From Actinomycetota bacterium (GTDB taxonomy: Bacteria > Actinomycetota > Thermoleophilia > Solirubrobacterales > 70-9): a stretch of 64,000 nt of DNA. The stretch spans positions 3,920 to 67,919 of the forward strand of contig JBKOYL010000008.1 of assembly GCA_046725395.1 (NCBI GenBank), given 5' to 3'. Below the pieces are notes generated by a model. The model had not been told where the DNA came from and searched no databases. It saw only the letters and a program-made list of their open reading frames with translations. This document shows, one piece after another, positions 46,258 through 55,178 of the stretch. Positions within the stretch are counted from its first letter, which is position 1. Each line of letters opens with the position of its first letter. The position numbers and the translations under genes were made by a program.

Positions 46258-47151
46258 GTGAAGCGAATCGTCTATGTCCTGCTGGCTGCCTTGCTCGCCT
46301 CGCTCCTCACGATTCAGGCTGCGCATGCGGGAACGACGACAGTGCGCTACGGGCCGTACACGATCCCGGCAGGCACGATGGACGATCCGGGCATGATCCA
46401 CAACAAGCTCCAGTTTGCCGTGAAGCGACCGTGTATTGACTGCTTCATCACAAGCTTCAAGCCGGATCTCGTGGACACGGGCGGCAACAGCGTCAACATG
46501 GACACCGGGCCGATGCTCCACCACGCGGTCTGGACGAGCCAATGGCGGCGGGACGCGACCTGCGGAGGGGACTGGCTGGGACTCGCCGGCGAGCGGTTAT
46601 TCGCCTCGGGGAACGAGCGTACGGCCATCGAGCTTCCCCCCGGCTACGGCTACAGGGTCCGCTGGTACGACTCGTGGAACATGCTCGTCGACCTGATGAA
46701 CCACTCGCCCGCGGACAAGACGGTTTACGTCCAGGTCACCTACAGAACCAGGCCCTCGTGGGAGTCGGTCCAGCCGGTGAGGCCCGTCTGGCTCGACATC
46801 GATCAGTGCGGCGATTCGGAGTATTCGATCCCGGCGGGCTACTCGGATACACATTGGGACTGGAACGTCAACGTTCCCGGCAACATCGTCGCCGCGCTCG
46901 GCCACGTCCACGGGCACGGCATCGCCGTCGAGGCGACCAACGAGAGCGAGGGCGGCGCCTCGATCTGCCGCTCCTTGGCGACGCTCGACCCGGCGAACGT
47001 CCACAACGTCCTCGCGATGAGCACCTGCACGGGTGATCCCCTGGCGCGTATCCGCTCAGGGCAGACCGTGCGGCTCCACAGCGAGTACAACAGCCCGCAC
47101 CCGGCCGACGACGTGATGGGCATCATGCTCGCCTACATCCGGCCGGAGTAG
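46258..47151 (+). CDS. Secreted copper type II ascorbate-dependent monooxygenase-like protein (PHM/DBH catalytic-core homologue)
   Basis: Signal peptide. HH (88-89), H149, HxHxH (216-220) and M287/M290 occur in PHM-like sequence contexts and spacing (see finding). Confidence 0.6.
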   Translation: MKRIVYVLLAALLASLLTIQAAHAGTTTVRYGPYTIPAGTMDDPGMIHNKLQFAVKRPCIDCFITSFKPDLVDTGGNSVNMDTGPMLHHAVWTSQWRRDATCGGDWLGLAGERLFASGNERTAIELPPGYGYRVRWYDSWNMLVDLMNHSPADKTVYVQVTYRTRPSWESVQPVRPVWLDIDQCGDSEYSIPAGYSDTHWDWNVNVPGNIVAALGHVHGHGIAVEATNESEGGASICRSLATLDPANVHNVLAMSTCTGDPLARIRSGQTVRLHSEYNSPHPADDVMGIMLAYIRPE

Positions 47152-47161
47152 ACAGGAACGG

Positions 47162-48607
47162 CTATCTCGGCAGATCGGCGCGCGAGGCGAGCTCGGCTTG
47201 GGTGCGCGCCTCTGCGGCCTCGGCAGCCGCGAGCAGATCCGCGATCGACTCCGAGATTCCGGTGGCGATCATGTCGATGTCGTCCATCGAGTCATAGTCG
47301 CCGAGCAGGCCGAAGTCGATGCCGCCGTTGTAGCTCATGATCGCGATCGCGAGGGCGTGATTCTCCGGCAGGAAGGCGACCGGGAAGACGTCCTGGAGCT
47401 CTCGGCCGAGCACATAGAGCGGGATCTGCGGACCGGGCACGTTCGTGACGATCAGGTTGAAGAGGCGCGTCGAGAAGTTGATCCGCGAGGCCTGGGCCAG
47501 CAGCGTCGGCGGCGCGAAGTCGTTGAACCGGGAGATCACCTCGGCTCCGAGCGCCTGCTTCGACTCCTTCAATCCGTCCATGGCACGGCGGACGGCGTCC
47601 AGCCGCTTCACCGGGTCTTCGATGTAGACCGGGAGCGGGCCCCGCATCGCCGCGATCCGGTTGCCGAGCTGGCCGCGCTCGTCCTCCGCCCGGATCGACA
47701 CGGGGACCAGGGCGCGCAGCTCGAGCCCCTCCGTCTTCACCCCGCGGCTGCGCAGCCAGCTGCGGAGCGCGCCGCTGACCACGGCGAGCACGACGTCGTT
47801 CACTGTGCCGCCGAAGATGTCCTTGATTCGCTTGAAGTCGTCGAGCTCGGCACGCGTCCAGGCGAAACGGCGGTGCGAGCCGATCTCGGTGTTGAGCGGG
47901 ACGTCGGGCGCCGGGTTGGTGAAGTTCCAGGCGACCTCGGCGAGCGCCTCGCCGGTCTCGACGAGCCTGCGGGTCGCCCGCATCGGATCGGAGGCCGCTC
48001 GGACGGCCCGGCGCGCCAGGCCCAGGGGCGTCCTAGCCGCCCCCACTACGCCGCGTGCGGCGAGCTCGGCCTGAGAGGGTGGCGGGTGCGGAACCCAGTC
48101 TCGCTCGGGCTGGAGCGGCTCGGGCACCGGCTTTACGTCGAAGAGGACCGTCGCGATATCGACGCCGGCGACGCCGTCGACCAGCGCGTGGTGGGTCTTG
48201 GTGATCAGGGCGAAGCGGTTCTTCTCCAGCCCCTGGACCAGCCACAGCTCCCAGAGCGGCTTCGAGCGATCGAGCGCCTGCGAGAAGAGCCGGCCGGCGA
48301 TGTTGCGCAGCTGCTCCTCCGAGCCGGGTGAGGGCAGCGCGGAGTGCCTGACGTGGTAGGCGAGGTGGAAGTGGGGGTCGTCGACCCAGAACGGGCGGCC
48401 GGTCTCGACCGGAGGAAAGGCGAGCTTCTGGCGGAATCGCGGCACCAGGTGGAGCCGGCTCTCGACGTGCCCGAGGAAGTCGTCGTAGGCGGGCGGCGGT
48501 CCCTCGAAGATCAGGATCGCCCCGACGTGCATGTGCGCGCTCGACGTCTCGTTCGTGAGGAAAGATGCGTCGATCGAGGTGAGCCTGTCCATGTGTCCCT
48601 GTGCCAT
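47162..48607 (-). CDS. Wax ester synthase / diacylglycerol acyltransferase (WS/DGAT)
   Basis: Catalytic HHALVDG motif, NDVVLA, and size of about 480 aa. Confidence 0.9.
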   Translation of the reverse strand: MAQGHMDRLTSIDASFLTNETSSAHMHVGAILIFEGPPPAYDDFLGHVESRLHLVPRFRQKLAFPPVETGRPFWVDDPHFHLAYHVRHSALPSPGSEEQLRNIAGRLFSQALDRSKPLWELWLVQGLEKNRFALITKTHHALVDGVAGVDIATVLFDVKPVPEPLQPERDWVPHPPPSQAELAARGVVGAARTPLGLARRAVRAASDPMRATRRLVETGEALAEVAWNFTNPAPDVPLNTEIGSHRRFAWTRAELDDFKRIKDIFGGTVNDVVLAVVSGALRSWLRSRGVKTEGLELRALVPVSIRAEDERGQLGNRIAAMRGPLPVYIEDPVKRLDAVRRAMDGLKESKQALGAEVISRFNDFAPPTLLAQASRINFSTRLFNLIVTNVPGPQIPLYVLGRELQDVFPVAFLPENHALAIAIMSYNGGIDFGLLGDYDSMDDIDMIATGISESIADLLAAAEAAEARTQAELASRADLPR

Positions 48608-48662
48608 ACCCGCCGCTCAGCCTAGCGCCCGCCGACAGGCGGCCGCTACCCTTCCGGCGGAC

Positions 48663-49643
48663 GTGCCGTCCACCTCGCTGGAAATCAAGAAGGGTCCCTC
48701 ACGGGTCCTGCTCGCGGCGCCGCGCGGCTACTGCGCCGGCGTCGATCGCGCCGTGCAGGCGGTCGAGCACGCGCTCGAGCTCTACGGCGAGCCGATCTAC
48801 GTCCGCAAGGAGATCGTGCACAACAAGCACGTCGTGCGCGAGCTCGAGAAGCGCGGCGCGATCTTCGTCGAAGAGGAGACCGAGGTGCCGGAGGGAGAGA
48901 TGGTCGTCTTCTCCGCCCACGGCGTCGCCCCCAGCGTCCACGCCAACGCCGCCGAGCGAAAGCTCCGCACGATCGACGCGACTTGCCCGCTGGTCACCAA
49001 GGTCCACGTCGAGGCGCGCAAGTTCGCCGCCGATGGCTACACGATCGTGCTGATTGGTCATGAGGGTCACGAGGAGGTCGAGGGGACGACCGGCGAGGCA
49101 CCCGAGAACATCGTGCTCGTCCAGACCGAGTCCGACGTCGACGATCTCGACGTCGAGGATCCCGACCGGATCGCCTACATCACCCAGACGACCCTCTCGG
49201 TCGACGAGACCAGCTCGATCATCGCGAGACTGAAGGAGAGGTTCCCCAGCGCCGTCGGGCCCAAGACCGACGACATCTGTTACGCGACCACTAACCGCCA
49301 GCACGCCGTCAAGGAGCTGGCCCGCGCCAGCGACCTGGTCCTGGTGATCGGCTCGACCAACTCGTCGAACTCCAACCGCCTGGTCGAGGTCGCGCGCGAG
49401 CATGGCGCCGCCTCGCACCTGATCGACAACCATCTCCAAGTCGACGAGGCCTGGCTGGAAGGGGTGGACACCGTCGGGATCACCTCCGGCGCCAGCGCCC
49501 CGGAGGAGCTGGTCGAGCGCCTGGTCGGGTTCTTCCGCGACCGGGGCGCCACCGAGGTCTCGGAGCTGAAGACCGTCGACGAAGACGTCCGCTTCATGCT
49601 CCCCGGCGAGATCCGCAAGGAGCTCGCCGGCTCAGGCGCCTAG
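48663..49643 (+). CDS. ispH: 4-hydroxy-3-methylbut-2-enyl diphosphate reductase
   Basis: The three cluster-binding Cys sit in [20 protein letters not shown] and ICYATTNRQ. Start set to GTG 48663, because earlier starts overlap the divergent WS/DGAT gene. Confidence 0.9.
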   Translation: MPSTSLEIKKGPSRVLLAAPRGYCAGVDRAVQAVEHALELYGEPIYVRKEIVHNKHVVRELEKRGAIFVEEETEVPEGEMVVFSAHGVAPSVHANAAERKLRTIDATCPLVTKVHVEARKFAADGYTIVLIGHEGHEEVEGTTGEAPENIVLVQTESDVDDLDVEDPDRIAYITQTTLSVDETSSIIARLKERFPSAVGPKTDDICYATTNRQHAVKELARASDLVLVIGSTNSSNSNRLVEVAREHGAASHLIDNHLQVDEAWLEGVDTVGITSGASAPEELVERLVGFFRDRGATEVSELKTVDEDVRFMLPGEIRKELAGSGA

Positions 49644-49661
49644 CTCGTCTCGAGCGAGGAC

Positions 49662-50351
49662 TCAGCGCTTCTTGCACTTCCCGGCTGACGACGCGGAGAG
49701 GGTCTCACCGCTGTAGAAGGTGGTCCGCTCCGTCGTCCTCCACTTCTTCTTCCTGCACCGGGCCATGACGTAGAACGTCTTGCCGCCCGTCTTGCGCTTG
49801 TTGAACACGGTGTCGAACTTGGTCAGCACGTTGCCCGGCGTATTCGGGATGTTCGTGAACGTCAGCGTCTTGCCCGCGATGTCGCCGATGATGTCGAGAA
49901 TCAAGGCGCCGCTGGCGACGTCGGTGTGCACGAAGATGTCCTGCGAGGAACCGCCCCGGAAGAACGTCACCGTGCCCCTGAGCGCGCCACCGTTCATCTC
50001 GACCGTGCCCTGGCCCGTGATGCTCCGCGGGCAGGCGGCCCGCGCCTGAGCGTCGGGCTTGTTCTGGATCTGGCTGAGCTGACAGACCGGGATGTTGCCG
50101 GGAACGAACTTGACGTTCGGATCGATCGTGAAGATCGTGCTCCGCGGCGACTGCGACGTGGCGAAATCGTCGAATTCCGTCGCGATGATGTTGTGCAGCT
50201 TGACGCCGCCGAACCTCTTCTCGTCCTGCTTCCTCGGCGAGAGCGTGGTCTGCAGCGTCTGCGAGATCGGGGTCGCCGAGGCGACGCCGGAGAGGGCCAG
50301 TCCCCCGATCACGCCCACCAAGGCCCCGATCAGATAGTTGCGATTACGCAT
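49662..50351 (-). CDS. Hypothetical secreted protein, Lys/Thr/Asn-rich, compositionally atypical
   Basis: Signal peptide (LIGALVGVIGGLALSGVASA). No recognised domain. Lower GC than its surroundings (57-65% in three 100-nt spot counts). Confidence 0.6.
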   Translation of the reverse strand: MRNRNYLIGALVGVIGGLALSGVASATPISQTLQTTLSPRKQDEKRFGGVKLHNIIATEFDDFATSQSPRSTIFTIDPNVKFVPGNIPVCQLSQIQNKPDAQARAACPRSITGQGTVEMNGGALRGTVTFFRGGSSQDIFVHTDVASGALILDIIGDIAGKTLTFTNIPNTPGNVLTKFDTVFNKRKTGGKTFYVMARCRKKKWRTTERTTFYSGETLSASSAGKCKKR

Positions 50352-50370
50352 ACGCCCTCCTTCGCGTGGC

Positions 50371-51102
50371 CTAAGCCTGCTCCCGCTCGGGCACGCCGGC
50401 GGCGAACTGGATCGAGTAGAGCTGCAGACCGGCCGAGGGCTCGAGCTCGAGCCTGTGGCGCTCGGTGCGCTCGTGTGAGGTGAGCTCCTGGAGCCCCGGG
50501 TGGGTCACCGGGATCGGATCGCGCCCCTCGCCGTCAAGCCGGATGGCAATCTCGCCCTCACCGTCGGTCGCGGCGTAGGCGCCCCCCGCCTCGTACTCCA
50601 ACTCCAGGCGGCGGTCGGCGTCGGCCACTGGCCAAGGCTCCTCGGCCGTTCCGCTGGGGAAGATCTCCGGCGTGGGGGCGATCACCTCGGCGCCCGGCGC
50701 GTCGGAGGGGCGGATAGGCTCGAGCAGCGGGGGCCAGTCGTGGCCGCCATTCGGCCCGGCGAGCTCCTCCCGAACAGCCTCCTCGGTGCCGGTGTAGTCG
50801 CCCTCGCCGAGGTGGTACCAGCGAAGCGCGCCGCCGCGGCCCCAGAGGAAGAGCGCCGGCCAGCCGTGCGGCTCGTATAGCCGCCAGACCGCGAACTCCG
50901 GGTCGACGACCACGGGCCAGCCGATCTCGAGGCGCTCAGCGGCCGCGGCGACCACGTCGTGGGACTGGGTGAAGGGGAAGCGGGGGGAGTGGACCCCGAT
51001 CATCGCTAGGCCGGCGTCGGAATATCGCTCGTGCCAGGCCCGCAGGTAGGGGAGGGTGCGGAAAGAGTTGAGCTGGGCGAGGTCGAAGAAGTGGACCAGC
51101 AC
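50371..51102 (-). CDS. Thioredoxin-like fold protein related to the DipZ C-terminal region, catalytic CxxC replaced
   Basis: VLVHFFDLAQLNSFRTLPYLRAWHERY parallels VLVDFWTYSCINCxRxxPyv.aW in redox-active relatives (recalled from memory). The C-terminal half is beta-rich. The position of the start codon is doubtful (see finding). Confidence 0.55.
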   Translation of the reverse strand: MLVHFFDLAQLNSFRTLPYLRAWHERYSDAGLAMIGVHSPRFPFTQSHDVVAAAAERLEIGWPVVVDPEFAVWRLYEPHGWPALFLWGRGGALRWYHLGEGDYTGTEEAVREELAGPNGGHDWPPLLEPIRPSDAPGAEVIAPTPEIFPSGTAEEPWPVADADRRLELEYEAGGAYAATDGEGEIAIRLDGEGRDPIPVTHPGLQELTSHERTERHRLELEPSAGLQLYSIQFAAGVPEREQA

Positions 51103-51263
51103 CGGCGTTGTTGCGACCAGCCGATCGAGCGAGTGAACGGGATCGCCGACCCAATCGAGGCCGGCCGGCAGCGGAGGGATGGCGATGTCGGGGCGAGGGG
51201 GACGCAGGCGGCGGAGGGTATGCTGCGCGCGTCCTGGAGGAAAGCCGAGGGAAGGAGAGCGAC

Positions 51264-51881
51264 GTGAGCGGAACGGTTTGGGAGCGGATCGAGGAGAGTC
51301 GAGCCCGTCACAACGTGCTCGAGCACCCCTTCTACGTACGCTGGTCGGCCGGTGAGCTGACCCGCGAGGAGCTCGCCCGCTACGCCGGACAGTACCGCCA
51401 CGCGACCGAGGCTCTCGCGCGGCTCTGCAGCCTGGCTGAGGAACACGCTCCGGCAGAGCGCCGGGACGAGATCGCGGCTCATGCCGCCGAGGAGGAGGCG
51501 CACGTCGGCCTCTGGGACGGCTTCGTCGAGGCGGCCGGCGGCGAGATCGGCGCGCAGCCGACGCCGGAGACCGCGGAGTGTGTGAGCGTCTGGACGGCTC
51601 CGGACGGTTACCTGTCCCAGCTTGCGCGCATGTACGCGATCGAGAGCGGCCAGCCGGAGATCGCGCGCGTCAAGCGCGAGGGACTCGCACGCTTCTACGG
51701 GCTCGACGGGGGGCCGGGCGGCGAATACTTCCGAGTCCACGAGGAGGCGGACCACGCGCACGCCGGGGAGGCGCGCCGCCTGATCGAGGAGACGATGAGC
51801 CCCAGGGACGAGGACGCTCTGGTCGCGGCCGCCGAGGCAGCCTTCCGGGCGAACTGGCGCCTGCTCGACGGGGTCAGCTGA
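51264..51881 (+). CDS. Heme-oxygenase-like fold protein (TenA/PqqC/CADD-like, putative diiron enzyme)
   Basis: HPFYVRWSAGELTREELARYAGQY N-terminus. ExxH-type ligand contexts AAEEEAHVGLW and HEEADHAH. Start set to GTG 51264. Confidence 0.7.
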   Translation: MSGTVWERIEESRARHNVLEHPFYVRWSAGELTREELARYAGQYRHATEALARLCSLAEEHAPAERRDEIAAHAAEEEAHVGLWDGFVEAAGGEIGAQPTPETAECVSVWTAPDGYLSQLARMYAIESGQPEIARVKREGLARFYGLDGGPGGEYFRVHEEADHAHAGEARRLIEETMSPRDEDALVAAAEAAFRANWRLLDGVS

Positions 51882-51893
51882 ACGCGGAGATCA

Positions 51894-52085
51894 ATGCGCG
51901 GACGCTTCGCGAGGGTGGGCGACCGCGCGATCGGGATCGCGCTCGGAATCCTGCTCGGCATTGCGATCATCCTGCTCTTCCTCTTCCTGGGCTCCCGCGA
52001 CACGATCGACGAGCCCTCGCTGTCCGGCGGCTCGACGCAGACCGTGACCCAGCCCGCGACCACGACCCGGGAAGGCACGCCGTAG
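51894..52085 (+). CDS. Small single-pass membrane protein (63 aa)
   Basis: One strong TM segment (IGIALGILLGIAIILLFLFLG) and a Thr/Ser/Pro-rich tail. 12 nt after the previous stop, and abuts the next start. Confidence 0.45.
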   Translation: MRGRFARVGDRAIGIALGILLGIAIILLFLFLGSRDTIDEPSLSGGSTQTVTQPATTTREGTP

Positions 52086-52493
52086 ATGCGATCGACCGCT
52101 GCACGGCTTGGCATGCTCGCTGCGGTCGTCGCGGCAGCGGTCGCGCTCTTCATCGTTCTGCAGGCTGGCAGCGACGACGAGGACGGGTCCGCTAACGGAC
52201 CTGCGTCCGCGACCACCACCGCCGCGGCGGAGGTCCTGACGGTGAACGACGGCGAGCCGGTCGGCGGCGTCAGGACCCTTACCTACGAGAAAGGTGAGCA
52301 GGTCAACCTCGAGGTCCGGCTGAACCGCCCCGAGGAGGAGATCCACGTGCACGGCTACGAGATCGAGAGGCCCGCGCTGCGAAGCCCGGCCCGGCTCTCG
52401 TTCCCGGCACGCCTGGACGGCGTCTTCGAGATCGAGGTCCACCGCACCGACGGCAGCGAGGCGGAGATCGCAGAGCTGCGGGTGAATCCCTAA
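52086..52493 (+). CDS. Membrane-anchored cupredoxin-like beta-sandwich protein (no Cys ligand)
   Basis: N-terminal TM anchor. Layout VNLEV...EIHVHGYEI...GVFEIEVH...LRVNP resembles EfeO-type cupredoxin-like domains. Confidence 0.5.
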   Translation: MRSTAARLGMLAAVVAAAVALFIVLQAGSDDEDGSANGPASATTTAAAEVLTVNDGEPVGGVRTLTYEKGEQVNLEVRLNRPEEEIHVHGYEIERPALRSPARLSFPARLDGVFEIEVHRTDGSEAEIAELRVNP

Positions 52494-52500
52494 GGGTCAG

Positions 52501-53949
52501 GTGAGATCGCTGCGCGGGAAGACCGCGCTCGCGGTCGCGATCGCCGCCGCGGTCGCGATCCTCGCCGCGCCTGAGCCGGCGTCCGCCCACGCCCTGGTGG
52601 GGCGGAAGGACCTGCCGGTGCCCGCGTGGCTGTTCGCCTGGGGCGCGTCGCTGGTCCTGATCATCTCCTTCGCGCTGCTCTCGGTGGCCTGGACCGAGGC
52701 GAGGCTGCAGCGGGAGGAATGGCGACCGTTGCCGCCTTGGCTTTCGACCGCGGTCCTCAATCCGGCGACAGAGGTTCTCTGCGGGCTGATCGGCGTCGGT
52801 CTCTTCGTGCTGGTGCTCTACGCCGGCTTCCGCGGAATCGAGGACCCGACGCAGAACTTCTCGATCGTCTTCGCCTTCTACACGTTCTGGCTGGGAATGG
52901 TCCTGGTCAGCGTGCTGCTGGCGGACGTCTTCCGGGCGTTCAACCCGTGGCGCGCGATCGGCCGGGCGATCTCCGGCGGCTTTCGCCTGGTGGCCGGTCA
53001 GTCGGCCCCGGCGCCCTTCCGATATCCGGACTCCCTGGGCCGCTGGCCCGCCGTGTTCGGCGTCCTGCTCTTCGTCTGGCTGGAGCTGATCGCGGGGGGC
53101 GGCGCGGCTCCCACCCCCCACAAGGTGGCGGTCGCCACGGTGATCTACAGCGGGGCCACGTTCCTCTGCATCGCGCTGTTCGGGGTGGAGGAGTGGATCC
53201 GCCGCGGCGAGGCCTTCAACGCGTACTTCGAGATGTTCTCCCGCCTCGCGCTGTTCGAGGTGCGGGAGGGGCGGCTGGGTCGGCGCAGGCTGCTCACGGG
53301 CGTTCCCGAGTGGGCTGAAGTCCCAGGGGCGGCGGCGCTGGTCCTGGCCTCGATCGCGGTGACCAGCTTCGACGGCGCCCAGGAGGGGGTGCTCTCCGCC
53401 GCGATCACCTGGACCTTCGAGCGTGGCACCGACCTCGGCTTCAGCCTCCCGGACTCCTTCCGGATCGCGAATACGATCTGGCTGCTGATCGTATTCGCCG
53501 GGGTCTCAGCTCTTTACTGGCTCGGGGTGCAGGGGATGCACACCGTGCGCGGATCTCCCCCGGTCAGGGAGCTTGGGCGGTCGTTCGCCCACACGCTGAT
53601 CCCGATCGCACTCGCCTACATCGTCGCCCACTACTTCAGCGCCTTCCTCTACCAGGAGCAGGCGCAGTTCACCTACATCCTCTCGGATCCACTGGGACGT
53701 GGATCCGATCTGTTCGGAACGGCCGGGGGCGGGATCAACTACGGGATCGTCAGCTCCAACACGGTCTGGTACGTGCAAGTGGCGGCTCTGGTGATCGGCC
53801 ACGTCACGGCGCTCACCCTGGCGCACGACCGCGCCCTCGCCGTCTACGACACCGTGCGCCACGCGTCACGCTCGCAGTACTTCATGCTCGCGGTGATGGT
53901 CGGCTTCACGTGCTTCGGGCTGTTCCTGCTCTCGCAGGCGAACGCGTGA
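52501..53949 (+). CDS. Polytopic membrane protein of unknown function (482 aa)
   Basis: Signal-like N-terminus ending PEPASA-HALV, then about 10 hydrophobic segments. Conserved-looking His residues in IVAHYFSAF and VIGHVTALTLAHD. Confidence 0.6.
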   Translation: MRSLRGKTALAVAIAAAVAILAAPEPASAHALVGRKDLPVPAWLFAWGASLVLIISFALLSVAWTEARLQREEWRPLPPWLSTAVLNPATEVLCGLIGVGLFVLVLYAGFRGIEDPTQNFSIVFAFYTFWLGMVLVSVLLADVFRAFNPWRAIGRAISGGFRLVAGQSAPAPFRYPDSLGRWPAVFGVLLFVWLELIAGGGAAPTPHKVAVATVIYSGATFLCIALFGVEEWIRRGEAFNAYFEMFSRLALFEVREGRLGRRRLLTGVPEWAEVPGAAALVLASIAVTSFDGAQEGVLSAAITWTFERGTDLGFSLPDSFRIANTIWLLIVFAGVSALYWLGVQGMHTVRGSPPVRELGRSFAHTLIPIALAYIVAHYFSAFLYQEQAQFTYILSDPLGRGSDLFGTAGGGINYGIVSSNTVWYVQVAALVIGHVTALTLAHDRALAVYDTVRHASRSQYFMLAVMVGFTCFGLFLLSQANA

Positions 53950-54036
53950 GGGGGCGAAGTGGGGCGTGCATACCAGGAAGTGGGTATAACTTGAGGCTGC
54001 TTGGGCGTCCATCCACCCTTCGGGAGGTCGGAAAAG

Positions 54037-55134
54037 TTGAGAGCACGCGCGCGCACGTTCCTGCCGATCGCCGTCGCGGTCGTCGTCATGTCAATGGCGC
54101 CGGTCGCGCTGGCCGCGAAGGGCGGCAAGGGACCGCCCGCCCCGAAGCCGTGTACCACGACCAGCTACGACTACGACTCCGGGGGCACGCCGGGGTCCGG
54201 CGCGGTCAACGATCCGCTCTTCGCCAAGCAGTGGGGACTCGACCAGATCAATGCCCCGGAGGCCTGGACGCGCGCGCAGGGTGCCGGTGCGACGATCGCG
54301 GTCGTCGATACGGGCGTCGACCTCCAGCACCCCGACCTGCAGGCGAAGCTCCTCACGGGCGTCGATCTCGCCGCTGGCAGGACCGACTGCCCGCCCGGGC
54401 CCCAGGACGAGAACGGTCATGGAACCCATGTCGCAGGCATCGCGGGCGCTGTCACCGACAACGGAATCGGGGTGGCCGGAACCGCCCCGGGGGCGAAGAT
54501 CATGCCCGTTCGGGTCCTCGATGCGAGTGGCTCGGGCGATCTGGAGACCGTCGCGGCCGGGATCAACTACGCGGCCGATCACGGCGCCGACGTGATCAAC
54601 CTCAGCCTGGGCGAGCTCCCGATCGTAGGGCAGCTCACCGCGCTCAATCAGGACATCGAAGACGCGGTCGACCACGCATGGGATCAGGGCTCGCTGGTGG
54701 TCGCAGCTGCCGGGAACGAGACGTTCCCGCTCTGCGAGTACCCCTCCTTCGCCGTGCACGCGGTCTGCGTGGCGGCGACGGACAGCCGCGGGCTGCCGAC
54801 GTACTACTCGAACTTCCCGGTCAACCAGTCGCTGGTTGGAGTTCGAGCGCCGGGCGGCCTCGGGAGCATCTTCTGCGAGGATGACGAGGACGTCTGGTCG
54901 ACGATCTGGCCCGGCTCCGACTACGAGTGCTCCGACGGAGTCTCAGGTTACGAGACGCTCGCCGGGACGTCGATGGCCACCCCCTTCGTCGCGGGCGTCG
55001 CGGCGCTGCTGGCCGGTCAGGGGTTGACGAACCAGCAGATCGTCGATCGTCTGGAGGCGACGTCGTCGAATCACGGCACCTACGACCCGGTGATGGGTTA
55101 CGGGATCGTCGACGCCGACGCGGCCACGAAATAG
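54037..55134 (+). CDS. Secreted S8 family serine peptidase (subtilase)
   Basis: Catalytic triad contexts AVVDTGVD, HGTHVAGI and GTSMATPFVAG. Start set to TTG 54037, with GGGAGG 8 nt upstream. The track start is 54001. Confidence 0.85.
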   Translation: MRARARTFLPIAVAVVVMSMAPVALAAKGGKGPPAPKPCTTTSYDYDSGGTPGSGAVNDPLFAKQWGLDQINAPEAWTRAQGAGATIAVVDTGVDLQHPDLQAKLLTGVDLAAGRTDCPPGPQDENGHGTHVAGIAGAVTDNGIGVAGTAPGAKIMPVRVLDASGSGDLETVAAGINYAADHGADVINLSLGELPIVGQLTALNQDIEDAVDHAWDQGSLVVAAAGNETFPLCEYPSFAVHAVCVAATDSRGLPTYYSNFPVNQSLVGVRAPGGLGSIFCEDDEDVWSTIWPGSDYECSDGVSGYETLAGTSMATPFVAGVAALLAGQGLTNQQIVDRLEATSSNHGTYDPVMGYGIVDADAATK

Positions 55135-55161
55135 CGGCTCGGTGCCCCCTCCCTGGAACGC

Positions 55162-55177
55162 GGCGCCGGACGGCGCC
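55162..55177. terminator. Short hairpin GGCGCC-GGAC-GGCGCC between convergent genes
   Basis: 6-bp perfect stem in the 44-nt gap between the S8 peptidase (+) and the lipoprotein gene (-). Confidence 0.3.
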
Positions 55178-55178
55178 T

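Noticed and set aside
52501-53949. Calling the 482-aa membrane protein CopC/CopD
   Set aside because: Only the H-A-x-L start resembles CopC. There is no roughly 100-aa beta-sandwich before the first TM segment, and I can't verify CopD similarity by eye.
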